Assembly: GCA_001761425.1 (NCBI GenBank)
Contig: CP012986.1
Span: 660,001-692,000 of the forward strand
DNA from: Candidatus Saccharimonadota bacterium
GTDB taxonomy: Archaea > Nanohalarchaeota > Nanosalinia > Nanosalinales > Nanosalinaceae
Reading direction: 5' to 3'
DNA length: 32,000 bases
Part shown: in pieces, positions 16,435-25,033 of the stretch
How positions within the stretch are numbered: position 1 is the stretch's first letter
Layout: each line of letters opens with the position of its first letter
Translations under genes and position numbers: made by a program
The notes under the pieces: generated by a model
What the model was told of the DNA's origin: nothing
Seen by the model: the letters and a program-made list of their open reading frames with translations, nothing else
Databases searched by the model: none

Positions 16435-17172
16435 TTATGAGGCCTTGTTAATTTTTTCAGCTATTTTCTCGGCACCTTCGACAAGCCGGGGTCCGGGCCT
16501 GTTCAGCAATGTATCGTCGATAACGTAGACATCTCCGTTCTCTACAGCGGTTATATCCTGCCATTCAGGTCTTTCAAGAATTTTTTCCGGGTCTATGTTC
16601 GTCCTGGCTCCGCACACGTTCAGAAAAATGTACTCTGGATCAAACTGTTTCAGTTTCTCCAGTTCAAACTCTCTACTTCTTTCTCCTTCTTCCAGAAAGT
16701 ATTCTCCATCGATTCTTTCGACAAGGCCTGGTATCCAGTTCCCTGAGGCCATGGGAGGATCTGTCCATTCCTCACAGTAAATTCTCGTAGGTGAATCTGT
16801 TTTAAGGCCTTCAAGGCTTTCTTTCATATCTTTTACTGTTTCTTCGGCTTTTTCCTCTGCATCTAGTTTTTTGCCTATCTCTCTGATGCTTTCAAAGACT
16901 TCTTCAACAGTTTGAGGTGTCAGATGCAGGACTTCAAGGCCTTCAAGTTCCTCTACTGCCTTGTCCTGGAGGGAGTCGCTGGTGAGGACCAGGTCCGGGT
17001 TAATCTCTCTTATCTTTTCAAAGTCGATGCCTGAGGCCCAGCCTCCGACTGAGTTCTTTTCCCTGGCTTCTCTTGGGTGGTCGCAAAGGCTTGTTGTTGC
17101 GACAAGATCTTTTTCAAGGCCTAGTCTGTAGATTATTTCTGTGTTTGATGGCGCGAGTGAGACCAGTTTCAC
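16435..17172 (-). CDS. BtuF/FhuD-like (class III) periplasmic-binding-fold protein without obvious signal peptide
   Basis: KLVSLAPSNTEIIYRLGLEKDLVATT, NPDLVL and NRPGPRLVEGAEKIA are typical of cobalamin/siderophore binding proteins. The track ORF (to 17361) overlaps the divergent 17233 gene, so I prefer GTG 17172 (MKLVSLAPS); TTG 17205 is an alternative. Confidence 0.7.
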   Translation of the reverse strand: MKLVSLAPSNTEIIYRLGLEKDLVATTSLCDHPREAREKNSVGGWASGIDFEKIREINPDLVLTSDSLQDKAVEELEGLEVLHLTPQTVEEVFESIREIGKKLDAEEKAEETVKDMKESLEGLKTDSPTRIYCEEWTDPPMASGNWIPGLVERIDGEYFLEEGERSREFELEKLKQFDPEYIFLNVCGARTNIDPEKILERPEWQDITAVENGDVYVIDDTLLNRPGPRLVEGAEKIAEKINKAS

Positions 17173-17232
17173 TTTATTTGAGTTTCTTACAGGAACGTTT
17201 TTCAAAGTCCAAGTCGGTTTTTCTAGATAGAG

Positions 17233-17556
17233 ATGAGCAGTTTTCTGGTTGCGACCTACAGTATAATCACCGGTTTTATGGCAGTGATCCTTGCTGTTGT
17301 TGCATCGGCTATAATTTTCGAGTTGAACAGGGACAAGGAGACTGCCCTGAGAAGGTTTCATCTTAATCAGGAGGATTCTATCATGGATTTCAGGGTCTTC
17401 ATGTACGCCAACCTGGCTATGGTGGTTGTATTCACCCTGTTCTGGATAGGATCTCTCCTCCAGGTGACAGCGCTGAGAGGCCTCAGCACCTACTCTTTAA
17501 CCCTTTACGCAGTCTTCCTGGTACTGCTGTTTGCGAGATGGTGGAGGCGGTTCTGA
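17233..17556 (+). CDS. small 3-TM membrane protein (family member A2)
   Basis: 107 aa. RRFHLNQEDSIMDFRVFMYAN aligns with AKFKLHPEKTEEDFRLMMYSN of the 11286 gene. The next gene starts immediately (TGAATG). Confidence 0.7.
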   Translation: MSSFLVATYSIITGFMAVILAVVASAIIFELNRDKETALRRFHLNQEDSIMDFRVFMYANLAMVVVFTLFWIGSLLQVTALRGLSTYSLTLYAVFLVLLFARWWRRF

Positions 17557-17979
17557 ATGGAAGCAGTTGATTTCATGGTCCAGAACTATCAGGAGATCCA
17601 GGCCCTGGCAGGTATCATCCTGTTCAGTGCCACCGCTCATTACAGCTACGGGATTGTACAGAACCTGAAGGAGAAACAGGAGTACGCACTGGCACGCTTC
17701 TTCCTGAAGAGAAAGGCAGGAAGCAGCTTCCTCGTTGTATCGATCTCCGCACTGGTCCTATCATTCGGCATGGCACTGAAAAATATCGGAATGATCACGG
17801 GAAACGAGATGTACATCGCCGTAGCCCTGATGAGCCACGTACTGATGCTTTTCGGCATCACATACTTTACATTCAACCTCTATATCATCACCAAGCCAGG
17901 CCTTGACCATGCAACAGGAAAGGAGAAAGAAGAGGCCTCTGAGACAGAAAAGACGGATAAAGAAACTGAAGAATCCTGA
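17557..17979 (+). CDS. small 3-TM membrane protein (family member B2) with acidic tail
   Basis: 140 aa with the same TM1-FFL(K/R)-TM2-TM3 layout as the 11618 gene, plus a C-terminal E/K/T-rich tail. Confidence 0.7.
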   Translation: MEAVDFMVQNYQEIQALAGIILFSATAHYSYGIVQNLKEKQEYALARFFLKRKAGSSFLVVSISALVLSFGMALKNIGMITGNEMYIAVALMSHVLMLFGITYFTFNLYIITKPGLDHATGKEKEEASETEKTDKETEES

Positions 17980-18068
17980 AGGAAGATCTGATCCTCTTTC
18001 CAGGATCTGCGGAAAAAAGTTTTTCTGTGACAGGTAGTTTTTTAGAACTTCAAGGCCTTGTTTTCTTT

Positions 18069-18911
18069 ATGGATCGCAGGATTGGAGCTCACGTTTCTAT
18101 TTCTGGGGGAGTTGAGAAAGCTGTAAATCGTCAGGAGGATGCTGGAGGTAACTGTGGACAGATCTTTGCAGGGTCTCCAAGGACCTGGAAGGTCTCCAGT
18201 TATGAGGAAGAGGAGGGAGAAAAGTTTCATGAACTCCGTGGTGAAGGCGATCAGAACCCGTATGTTATCCATTCGACGTATCTTGTGAACCTGGCGACTC
18301 CAAAAGACGATCTGTTTAGAAAATCTCTGAAATGCCTTCAGGAGGAACTTGAAGCAGCTGGAAAACTGGGTGTAGAATACGTTGTATTCCATCCAGGTTC
18401 TCACACAGGGTCCGGGAGAGAAAACGGGATCGAAAGAATAGCAGAAGGCCTCGACGAACTGGATATACCGGAGAACGTTACACTGCTTCTGGAAAATACT
18501 GCCGGGAAAGGTACTACACTAGGCAAATCCATGGGAGAGCTGAGACAGATGATGGAAGCAACAGATACAGACAACGAAAAAATCGGGGTCTGCATCGATA
18601 CCTGTCACGCACACGCAGCAGGATACGAACTTAGAGAACAGGAAGGATTTGAAGATTTCATCCAGGAGATCAAAGAGGACTTGGGCCTTGAAAATCTCAA
18701 AGTTTTGCACCTGAACGATTCGAAGGATGAGAAAGGAAGCGAGAAAGATAATCACGAGCATATTGGAGAAGGTAATATAGGCCTTGACGGTTTCAGGAAC
18801 GTGGTTAACTCCGAGGCCCTGAAGAAAAAGCCTATGGTGCTGGAGACTCCTGTAGAGGATGATAAAGGTTACAGGGAGAATATCGAGGAGTTGAGAGGCC
18901 TTATCGAGTAG
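18069..18911 (+). CDS. nfo: endonuclease IV (AP endonuclease, deoxyribonuclease IV)
   Basis: MDRRIGAHVSISGG, YVVFHPGSH, LLENTAGKG, CIDTCHAHAAGY, HLNDSK and LETP are the Nfo/TIM-barrel metal-ligand blocks. The ATG at 18069 is preferred to the track start 18027. Confidence 0.93.
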   Translation: MDRRIGAHVSISGGVEKAVNRQEDAGGNCGQIFAGSPRTWKVSSYEEEEGEKFHELRGEGDQNPYVIHSTYLVNLATPKDDLFRKSLKCLQEELEAAGKLGVEYVVFHPGSHTGSGRENGIERIAEGLDELDIPENVTLLLENTAGKGTTLGKSMGELRQMMEATDTDNEKIGVCIDTCHAHAAGYELREQEGFEDFIQEIKEDLGLENLKVLHLNDSKDEKGSEKDNHEHIGEGNIGLDGFRNVVNSEALKKKPMVLETPVEDDKGYRENIEELRGLIE

Positions 18912-18929
18912 AGGCCTTTTATCTACTGG

Positions 18930-18943
18930 TTTTTTTCTTTTTT
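18930..18943 (+). terminator. oligo-T tract after nfo
   Basis: TTTTTTTCTTTTTT begins 19 nt after the nfo TAG stop. Confidence 0.35.
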
Positions 18944-19042
18944 CTGTATTTTCGCCAGTGTGCTTTTAAGGCTCGTGTACTCTTTTTTTGTTGGAAAGTA
19001 AATTTCCGTTTGACGAATTATGATTCTATGAGGTTATAAAGA

Positions 19043-19543
19043 ATGTCTAATATCCACAGAAATCAGAGAGTTGGCGTCTTTGTGGACGTCCAAAATATGT
19101 ACTACAGTGCGAAAAATCTTTACAGTTCGAAAGTTGACTTCGAGAAGCTTCTTGATTCAGCTGTTATGAACAGGGATCTTGTCAGGGCTTCAGCTTATGT
19201 TATTCAGGCTGAGACTCCGGATGAGAACAACTTTTTTGAGGCCTTGAGGAAGATTGGTTACGAGGTCGAGATCAAGCAGTTGAAGGAGTTTTACGGCGGT
19301 GAGAAGAAAGGTGACTGGGATCTTGGTATGACAGTTGATATGATCCAGCAGGCGAAGAAACTGGATACTATTGTCCTGGTTACCGGTGATGGTGACTTTG
19401 CGGTTCTTGTCGATCATTTGAAGTCGATGGGTTGTCGTGTCGAGGTCATGAGTTTCGGAAGAAGTTCAGCTAAAGAACTGCGTGAATCAGCTACAAACTT
19501 CATCGATATGGATGATAAATCCGACAAGTTCCTGGTAGACTAG
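19043..19543 (+). CDS. NYN domain (LabA/DUF88-like) putative RNase
   Basis: 166 aa. VGVFVDVQNMYYSAKN and LVTGDGDFAVLVDHLKSMGCRVEV are the conserved acidic blocks of NYN/LabA proteins. GAGGT lies 8 nt upstream of the ATG. Confidence 0.8.
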   Translation: MSNIHRNQRVGVFVDVQNMYYSAKNLYSSKVDFEKLLDSAVMNRDLVRASAYVIQAETPDENNFFEALRKIGYEVEIKQLKEFYGGEKKGDWDLGMTVDMIQQAKKLDTIVLVTGDGDFAVLVDHLKSMGCRVEVMSFGRSSAKELRESATNFIDMDDKSDKFLVD

Positions 19544-19552
19544 AGAGATAAG

Positions 19553-20722
19553 ATGGCACGTGCACGTGAGATATCGGCGAAAAACATAATGGAGGAAAAC
19601 CCGTTCACAGTCGGAGCCGACCAGAGGATCTCCCAGGTCAGGGACAAGATGGAGAACAGGAACCTGAGAGCTGTCGCAGTTACAGACGAAAAGAACAGGA
19701 TCCAGGGAGCTATCAGCTATAGAGACCTGATCCGTCAGATCCAGTTCAATCCTGAAAAGACCAAGCTCAAGAAAGTTATGCATACACCTCCAACTTTCGA
19801 GGCCTCGGATTCTCTTATTGATCTAGCGGAACTCAGGATTAACTCCGGTAGAAAACTCCTTGTCGCTGAAGAAGGAGAAAAGCTGAAAGGGATAGTCGGC
19901 GATGAACAGTTCAGATCTGCTGTGCTTGAAGCAGACGAGATGGAGAATATCTCGACGAGAGATCTGGCGACCTACGAGGTTATCGAGGCCTTTGAGGATG
20001 ATTCAATTGAGGAGGTCAGGCACAAAATGCTTGATAACAATATTTCCCGTGTCCCGATTCTTGACGGTGACGGGAACCTGGTCGGTGTTCTCAGGAGTAC
20101 AGACGTGCTTGGCACTATGATCAGTAGAGAAGGCCAGAACTCTGGTGGAACGTCAGGAGACTCGCTTAAAGATACCAGGATCGCTGGAGGGAATGAGAAA
20201 AGAGAGATGTCCAGTGTAAAAGTCTCAGAGATAATGAGCAGGACTCCTACGACTTATGAAGGCCATTTCTCAGGTAGGGAAGCTATCCAGCTAATGCAGG
20301 ACAGAGAGAGCCACGAAGTTATTATAGTAGACGATAAGTATCCTGAAGCAGTTATCACTGTCAAGGATTTCATCAGGGAGCTTTCCGACATGGAGATCGG
20401 GAACGCAGTCCTTGTTAATCTTGTAGGCCTTGATGTAGCCGAGGAAAAAGCTGCTGTCCATGATAAAATCAAGACACAGATCCAGGGTTCTCTGGGCAGG
20501 AAGCTTGAAAATCCTCAGGAGATCACTCTCCGTGTCAAGAAATCGGAGAAAGACGGGAAAAAACACAGGTATGAAGTCACCCTGAAGCTTTTCTCGGACC
20601 TGGGCCAGTTTACAGTTAATGAGGAGGCCTGGGACCTGCTTGAGGTAGTTGATTCTTCACTTGAGCAGTTGAACGCCCAGGTCAGGAAGAAAAGAGAGAA
20701 GAGAAAGGATCACAGGTACTAG
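19553..20722 (+). CDS. four-CBS-domain protein with C-terminal HPF/RaiA (S30AE)-like domain
   Basis: Four CBS repeats are readable (res about 5-60, 70-125, 135-190, 225-285). The last 100 aa or so (VNLVGLDVAEEKAAVHDKIKTQI..ITLRVKK..YEVTLKL..FTVNEEAWDLLEVVDSSLEQLNAQVRKKREK) follow the b-a-b-b-b-a pattern and spacing of bacterial HPF/YfiA. Confidence 0.75.
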   Translation: MARAREISAKNIMEENPFTVGADQRISQVRDKMENRNLRAVAVTDEKNRIQGAISYRDLIRQIQFNPEKTKLKKVMHTPPTFEASDSLIDLAELRINSGRKLLVAEEGEKLKGIVGDEQFRSAVLEADEMENISTRDLATYEVIEAFEDDSIEEVRHKMLDNNISRVPILDGDGNLVGVLRSTDVLGTMISREGQNSGGTSGDSLKDTRIAGGNEKREMSSVKVSEIMSRTPTTYEGHFSGREAIQLMQDRESHEVIIVDDKYPEAVITVKDFIRELSDMEIGNAVLVNLVGLDVAEEKAAVHDKIKTQIQGSLGRKLENPQEITLRVKKSEKDGKKHRYEVTLKLFSDLGQFTVNEEAWDLLEVVDSSLEQLNAQVRKKREKRKDHRY

Positions 20723-21078
20723 TTGCCTATCTCCTGTTTTTCCATTTTTTCCATCTTATCTTTTTCTGACATACCGTACTTGTCCGAAAGTTTCTTGAAC
20801 GACATGACACTCCACATCAGGTAGACGAACACGAAGATCAGTGCCAGGTAAAGCGGATACCGTGCTACTGCAACTCCTCTGAAGGCGGCGTTGTATACTC
20901 CCCAGTAACCTATGTATATTACTAGGACACCGATTACAAGAAGCAGTCTCTGCGAGAACTCCCTGAGAACGTTCTGTTCAAGTTTCTTCCGTGCATTCCA
21001 AACGATAAAGAAGCTGATAAGGCCTATGCTTAAAGTAAGTGATGTATTGATTGATAGGAGGGTTAAATTTACCGCCAT
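20719..21078 (-). CDS. small 3-TM membrane protein (related layout to the 11286/17233 families)
   Basis: 119 aa. TM1, a charged loop (ARKKLEQNVLREFSQR), TM2, TM3 and a K/E/M-rich tail. Its stop shares CTAG with the convergent CBS gene. Confidence 0.65.
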   Translation of the reverse strand: MAVNLTLLSINTSLTLSIGLISFFIVWNARKKLEQNVLREFSQRLLLVIGVLVIYIGYWGVYNAAFRGVAVARYPLYLALIFVFVYLMWSVMSFKKLSDKYGMSEKDKMEKMEKQEIGN

Positions 21079-21109
21079 GAACTTGAATTATTTTGCCTCT
21101 CTTAAATAA

Positions 21110-22267
21110 TTACTCAGTCTGGATTTCGATAATTCTCACCTTCATATCCTCCGGTAACGAATTCCTGAACACGGTCTCATTATGATCTCCTACAACCATT
21201 ACTCTTACCTGACTGTCCCTGAACTCGACGGAGACAAGATCATCGCTGAAAAAGGCCTGGGCGTCCTTCCTGATCTCCTGTTCGCTACTGTATCCCTGAT
21301 AGTCCTGGAAAGTAGTATAGCCTATCGGAGCGATAAAAACCAGTAGAATAATCAGGGCGATAGGAACAGTCTTCCTCAACTTATCAGCTTCCTTCTGCTT
21401 GTAATAACTTGTCGGAGAAAGGCCTATCACCTTGAAAGAAGCGTAACCGGAGATTAGCACAGCCAGGATATTGATAGCAGCGATTGAGGAAGCATGAAGT
21501 GCGTAAACCGGATTTTGTATTCTGAGGCCTATACCTGAAGCAGCTAGAGGAGGTACAAGTGCTACAGCAACTGCGACGCCTGCGATCTGGTCTCTGAAAC
21601 CTGTTGCGAATGTGAATGCGGCTGCTGCACCGACAAGGAATGAAAGTATTATTACAGGGAAGCCGAAAGATACTATAGTCTGTAGAGCCGGGTTCATGGT
21701 CACTGGGAACGGTAGTACAGCTATGTATGAGATTGCTATAGCCAGTAAAAAGCTCATAAGGCCTGATACAAGACTTTTCTTCATCAGTTTGCTGTCGCCG
21801 ATCACCATGGAGATCGCTCCTGATACTAGAGGTGAGAGCATCGGAGCAAGCATCATCGCACCTATGACGACTATTAAATTGTTGATTATAAGTCCGTAGG
21901 CTGCTATAGCTGATGAGAGGCCTACTAAAGCCCATTGGGCTTTTGAGAAACCTGAGAATTCCTGGGCCTTGCTGTAGATCTCTTCCTGTGAGAGCAGGGA
22001 TGCTGAGCCTTTGGTTTTCTGTCCTTTTTCTATCAGGCTTTCCTGTTCCAGTACTCTGATATAAAGGTCTCCTGACTCGATATCTGTCTCCTTGAGGTCT
22101 TCAGTAAGCTCGTCTATTTCGTCATCGTCGACTGTAGCTGTGAACTCTATTACTTCTGTTCCCTGTTTTTCCGCTTCGTTAGAAGTTATGTCGTTGGTGT
22201 ACTGGTCGAGTACTTCGTCGACTTCGCCGTCGAATTCCTCGGGAACAGTTATCTGTACCTGTCTCAC
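21110..22267 (-). CDS. DUF389 / TIGR00341-type integral membrane protein
   Basis: 385 aa with GTG start. MRQVQITVPEEF plus an acidic soluble N-domain, followed by about six hydrophobic segments and a C-terminal soluble part. This is the typical DUF389 layout. Confidence 0.65.
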   Translation of the reverse strand: MRQVQITVPEEFDGEVDEVLDQYTNDITSNEAEKQGTEVIEFTATVDDDEIDELTEDLKETDIESGDLYIRVLEQESLIEKGQKTKGSASLLSQEEIYSKAQEFSGFSKAQWALVGLSSAIAAYGLIINNLIVVIGAMMLAPMLSPLVSGAISMVIGDSKLMKKSLVSGLMSFLLAIAISYIAVLPFPVTMNPALQTIVSFGFPVIILSFLVGAAAAFTFATGFRDQIAGVAVAVALVPPLAASGIGLRIQNPVYALHASSIAAINILAVLISGYASFKVIGLSPTSYYKQKEADKLRKTVPIALIILLVFIAPIGYTTFQDYQGYSSEQEIRKDAQAFFSDDLVSVEFRDSQVRVMVVGDHNETVFRNSLPEDMKVRIIEIQTE

Positions 22268-22299
22268 GGCTAAAGAATTGTAAGGCCTTAGTTAATTAC

Positions 22300-24093
22300 C
22301 TATGCCCTGACCTTCAGTCTGCCTGACTCGTTTGCACCGATGACTCTGTTCGCAAGCTCCGATTTCTTCGTCAGCGAGATGTCGCCACTCTTTCCCACAG
22401 TCGCTGTGAAGAGAAATTCGTCTCCTTCATAGATATCGACCTCGGTACCGGATTTTTCCTCTCCGACATCGATGATGACAGAGTTACCTTTCTCACTGAG
22501 TTCAAAGCTGATCTCGCCTTTACTTGTAGGCGTATTCGGCTCAACTGTAATATCAAGGCCTAACTCATCTTCAAGACGGTCTATGTTCTCACCGCCTTTC
22601 CCGATGACATGGGAGATCTCGTCCTCCGAAACCATCAAACGGATATGATTGTCGGAGATGAATTCGATTACAGGATCATCTACACGGGAACCGAGCTGTT
22701 GCTGGAGTTTCTCACGTGCCAGTCTCTGTGCGCCTGTTTCTTCCTCTGAATCAGTAACAGGGACGACAACAGTCTCCTCACCGTAAGTGTAGACCTCGTA
22801 CTGCGGGGCATCGTCCTCAAATCTGGAGATCTGGATGACAGGCCTTGCCAGGTCCTCCTCTGTCATTCCCTGGGGAACCTTGACAACCAGCTCGAGTTTG
22901 TATACTTCTTCGATCTGTGCGTCCTTGATGAAGACAACGGTATCACAGACCTGGGGAATCATACCAAGTTCTACTCTTCCGATTAATCTTTGAACTGCGT
23001 CGACAGCCTCTGAGGCGTGGACAACACCGATCATTCCCACGCCCGCCATACGCATATCCGCAAATACCTCGAAATCATCAGTTTTCCTTACCTCATCGAA
23101 GACAGTGTAATCAGGTCTCGCAAGCAAGAGGAAGTCGCCTGTATCCTCCATCGAATCCTCAAGGCCTTTGTACTGGGTGATATCTGCACCTACATCAAGG
23201 TCTCGCGGGTTCTCCATCGTCTTCACGACCTGCCCGTTGTCGCTGTAATACTCCGCAAGTGCCTGAGAAAAAGTCGACTTACCGTGGCCCGGTGCACCCG
23301 CGACCAGGATTCCTTCCGCTTCTGTCTTCAGACGTGTCAATAACCCATCGCTCATATCATAATCATCAAGGGTAACCTTGGCGACAGGCCTTACAGCCGT
23401 GATCTCCGCTGCTTCGGAGAACGGAGGCCTTGTCATTGCGATCCTGTATTCTCCTAGCTGGATGACTGTTGCACCTTCTTTCTCCATCTCCACCAGGCCT
23501 TTACCGCTCATCTCTGCTTTCTCTACGGTTTCGTCCATCAGGCTGTACATTTTCTCTCTTGTAAGTACGTCTTTTCCGATATCTTCTAGTTCGAACTCTC
23601 CTGGAAGGCCTCTTTTCGCTTTCGGCTTTGAACCTTCTTTCAGGTGGACACTCATCGTTTTGTCGTCAAAATACTGTTCCAGGGAGAAATCTAGGTCGGT
23701 TTCTGTCTTGAACTCTCTGACTTCGATACCTTTAGCTCTTGCAATTTTTCCCTGGACTGCGTCAGCGGTGAAGAGGGTGGCGTCCATCTCCTCTGCCATG
23801 TCTCTGATCAGTGCGTCGATCCTGCCGTTGTGAGAGAGTTCTATCTCCTCTGTCGTGGGTTTGCGTCCCTCAAAGCTCAGGTTGAGGCCTTCTCTTTCTG
23901 CGAGCATCCTTATTTTTTTGATCTCCTCGATGCCTCTGTAACCTGTCTCTTTTCCTTCGTTGGCCTGGTTCTCTAACTCGTCTACGACGAACTCCGGGAT
24001 TACTATATCTGTCTTGGTTTCTCCTCTCTCAATAAGTTCTGAGAGTTTGCCGTCTATGATGATGGATGTATCAGGGACGATTTTTTCTGTCAT
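22300..24093 (-). CDS. PIN domain - PilT-like ATPase - KH domain protein (COG1855-type)
   Basis: 597 aa. N-terminal PIN (VPDTSIIIDG ... FTADAVQ), Walker A GAPGHGKST, Walker B-like DYTVFDEVR and C-terminal KH (VIGKGGENIDRLEDELG). Confidence 0.85.
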   Translation of the reverse strand: MTEKIVPDTSIIIDGKLSELIERGETKTDIVIPEFVVDELENQANEGKETGYRGIEEIKKIRMLAEREGLNLSFEGRKPTTEEIELSHNGRIDALIRDMAEEMDATLFTADAVQGKIARAKGIEVREFKTETDLDFSLEQYFDDKTMSVHLKEGSKPKAKRGLPGEFELEDIGKDVLTREKMYSLMDETVEKAEMSGKGLVEMEKEGATVIQLGEYRIAMTRPPFSEAAEITAVRPVAKVTLDDYDMSDGLLTRLKTEAEGILVAGAPGHGKSTFSQALAEYYSDNGQVVKTMENPRDLDVGADITQYKGLEDSMEDTGDFLLLARPDYTVFDEVRKTDDFEVFADMRMAGVGMIGVVHASEAVDAVQRLIGRVELGMIPQVCDTVVFIKDAQIEEVYKLELVVKVPQGMTEEDLARPVIQISRFEDDAPQYEVYTYGEETVVVPVTDSEEETGAQRLAREKLQQQLGSRVDDPVIEFISDNHIRLMVSEDEISHVIGKGGENIDRLEDELGLDITVEPNTPTSKGEISFELSEKGNSVIIDVGEEKSGTEVDIYEGDEFLFTATVGKSGDISLTKKSELANRVIGANESGRLKVRA

Positions 24094-24151
24094 ATTAAAC
24101 AGGTTTGATGTAAAGATTCAAAAATCAGGATGCCAAGTCTTACACTCAAGT

Positions 24152-25033
24152 TCAGAGGTCAAGCATCCCGTCATCACCGAAAAACTCATCCTCATCCTGT
24201 CCAAGCTCTGTCTCCACAGCACCGCCTTCAAACTCCTCAGGCCTTACCGCCTCCAGCTGGCGAAGAATCTCATCAGCAAGGCCTCTACCCTCAGGACTAA
24301 ACATGTAATCCTCGGTAAAGACTCCGGCCTCAGCAAGGTAATCTGCCATATCACGTACAGTGGTCTCCGGGAATTCAAGTTCATCAGCTACCTCGCTGTG
24401 CCCCATACCCGAACCGTACAGGAAAAAGGCCTGGATCTTCTTACCGCTGTGACCTTTCCTATCACCGTAACCCTGCGTGAACATCTTCCTGTAGAAATCA
24501 CCGGTCTCAACGTCAAGGCCTGAAAATACTCTGTCACCAAGGATTTCAGTACTCTCTAGAACTGCTTCACCTCTCTCAGTCAATTTACCGTGGTCCTGAG
24601 GCCTTCTATCGGTTTTGTCCACGGATATGTCTATGAGGCCTGCGTTCCTGTAGCCCTTGACCCAGTTGCTTCTGGTCCTTCTGTTATCTGTCGGCATCTC
24701 AGCATCATGATTATCCGAAAAAGCTTTCAGGCCTTCAAGTTTGTCATAGGACGTTCCTCCGCTGTCAGTAGTCTTCAAAGCATCGTAGGCCTCATCAAGG
24801 TTCCTGAACGTATCCAATGCGATTTCCTCGGTCTCCTCATCAAGTTCCTGTTCGTTTTCGAACTCTCTGAGGTTGCCGTCGTCAAAGACAGAGCCTATAC
24901 TCCACTCTGCATCGCCGTCATACGAGTCTTCAGGGTCAAAAACCGGAGAATAAGAATCATCAAAGTTCCTGCTCTGTGCTATCTGCAGAATATATCTCTG
25001 GGCTTCGTCGGCGCACTTAGGGCCTGTCGCCAT
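24152..25033 (-). CDS. hypothetical very acidic protein with two HTH-like segments
   Basis: The track ORF starts at 25051 (MYLCRV...); the ATG at 25033 (MATGPK...) is more plausible. RSNWVKGYRNAGLIDIS..KLTERGEAVL and MGHSEVADELEFPETTVRDMADYLAEAGVF look like wHTH/HTH units. It lies 58 nt upstream of the PIN-ATPase gene on the same strand. Confidence 0.6.
   Translation of the reverse strand: MATGPKCADEAQRYILQIAQSRNFDDSYSPVFDPEDSYDGDAEWSIGSVFDDGNLREFENEQELDEETEEIALDTFRNLDEAYDALKTTDSGGTSYDKLEGLKAFSDNHDAEMPTDNRRTRSNWVKGYRNAGLIDISVDKTDRRPQDHGKLTERGEAVLESTEILGDRVFSGLDVETGDFYRKMFTQGYGDRKGHSGKKIQAFFLYGSGMGHSEVADELEFPETTVRDMADYLAEAGVFTEDYMFSPEGRGLADEILRQLEAVRPEEFEGGAVETELGQDEDEFFGDDGMLDL

Noticed and set aside
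17173-17361. Upstream 63 codons of the BtuF-like ORF
   Set aside because: This part overlaps the divergent 17233 membrane-protein gene, is Cys/His/Asn-rich and non-acidic, and does not resemble a signal peptide.
6539-20722. Palindromic shared stops of convergent genes (TTAA at 6539-6542, CTAG at 19553/20719 gene ends 20719-20722)
   Set aside because: This is a simple consequence of tight packing of convergent genes. There are only two cases and no further structure.
21384-21935. 183-aa alternative-frame ORF on the minus strand and 21612-21899 on the + strand inside the DUF389 gene
   Set aside because: The DUF389 frame yields coherent TM helices. The alternatives are Arg/Cys/Ser-rich.
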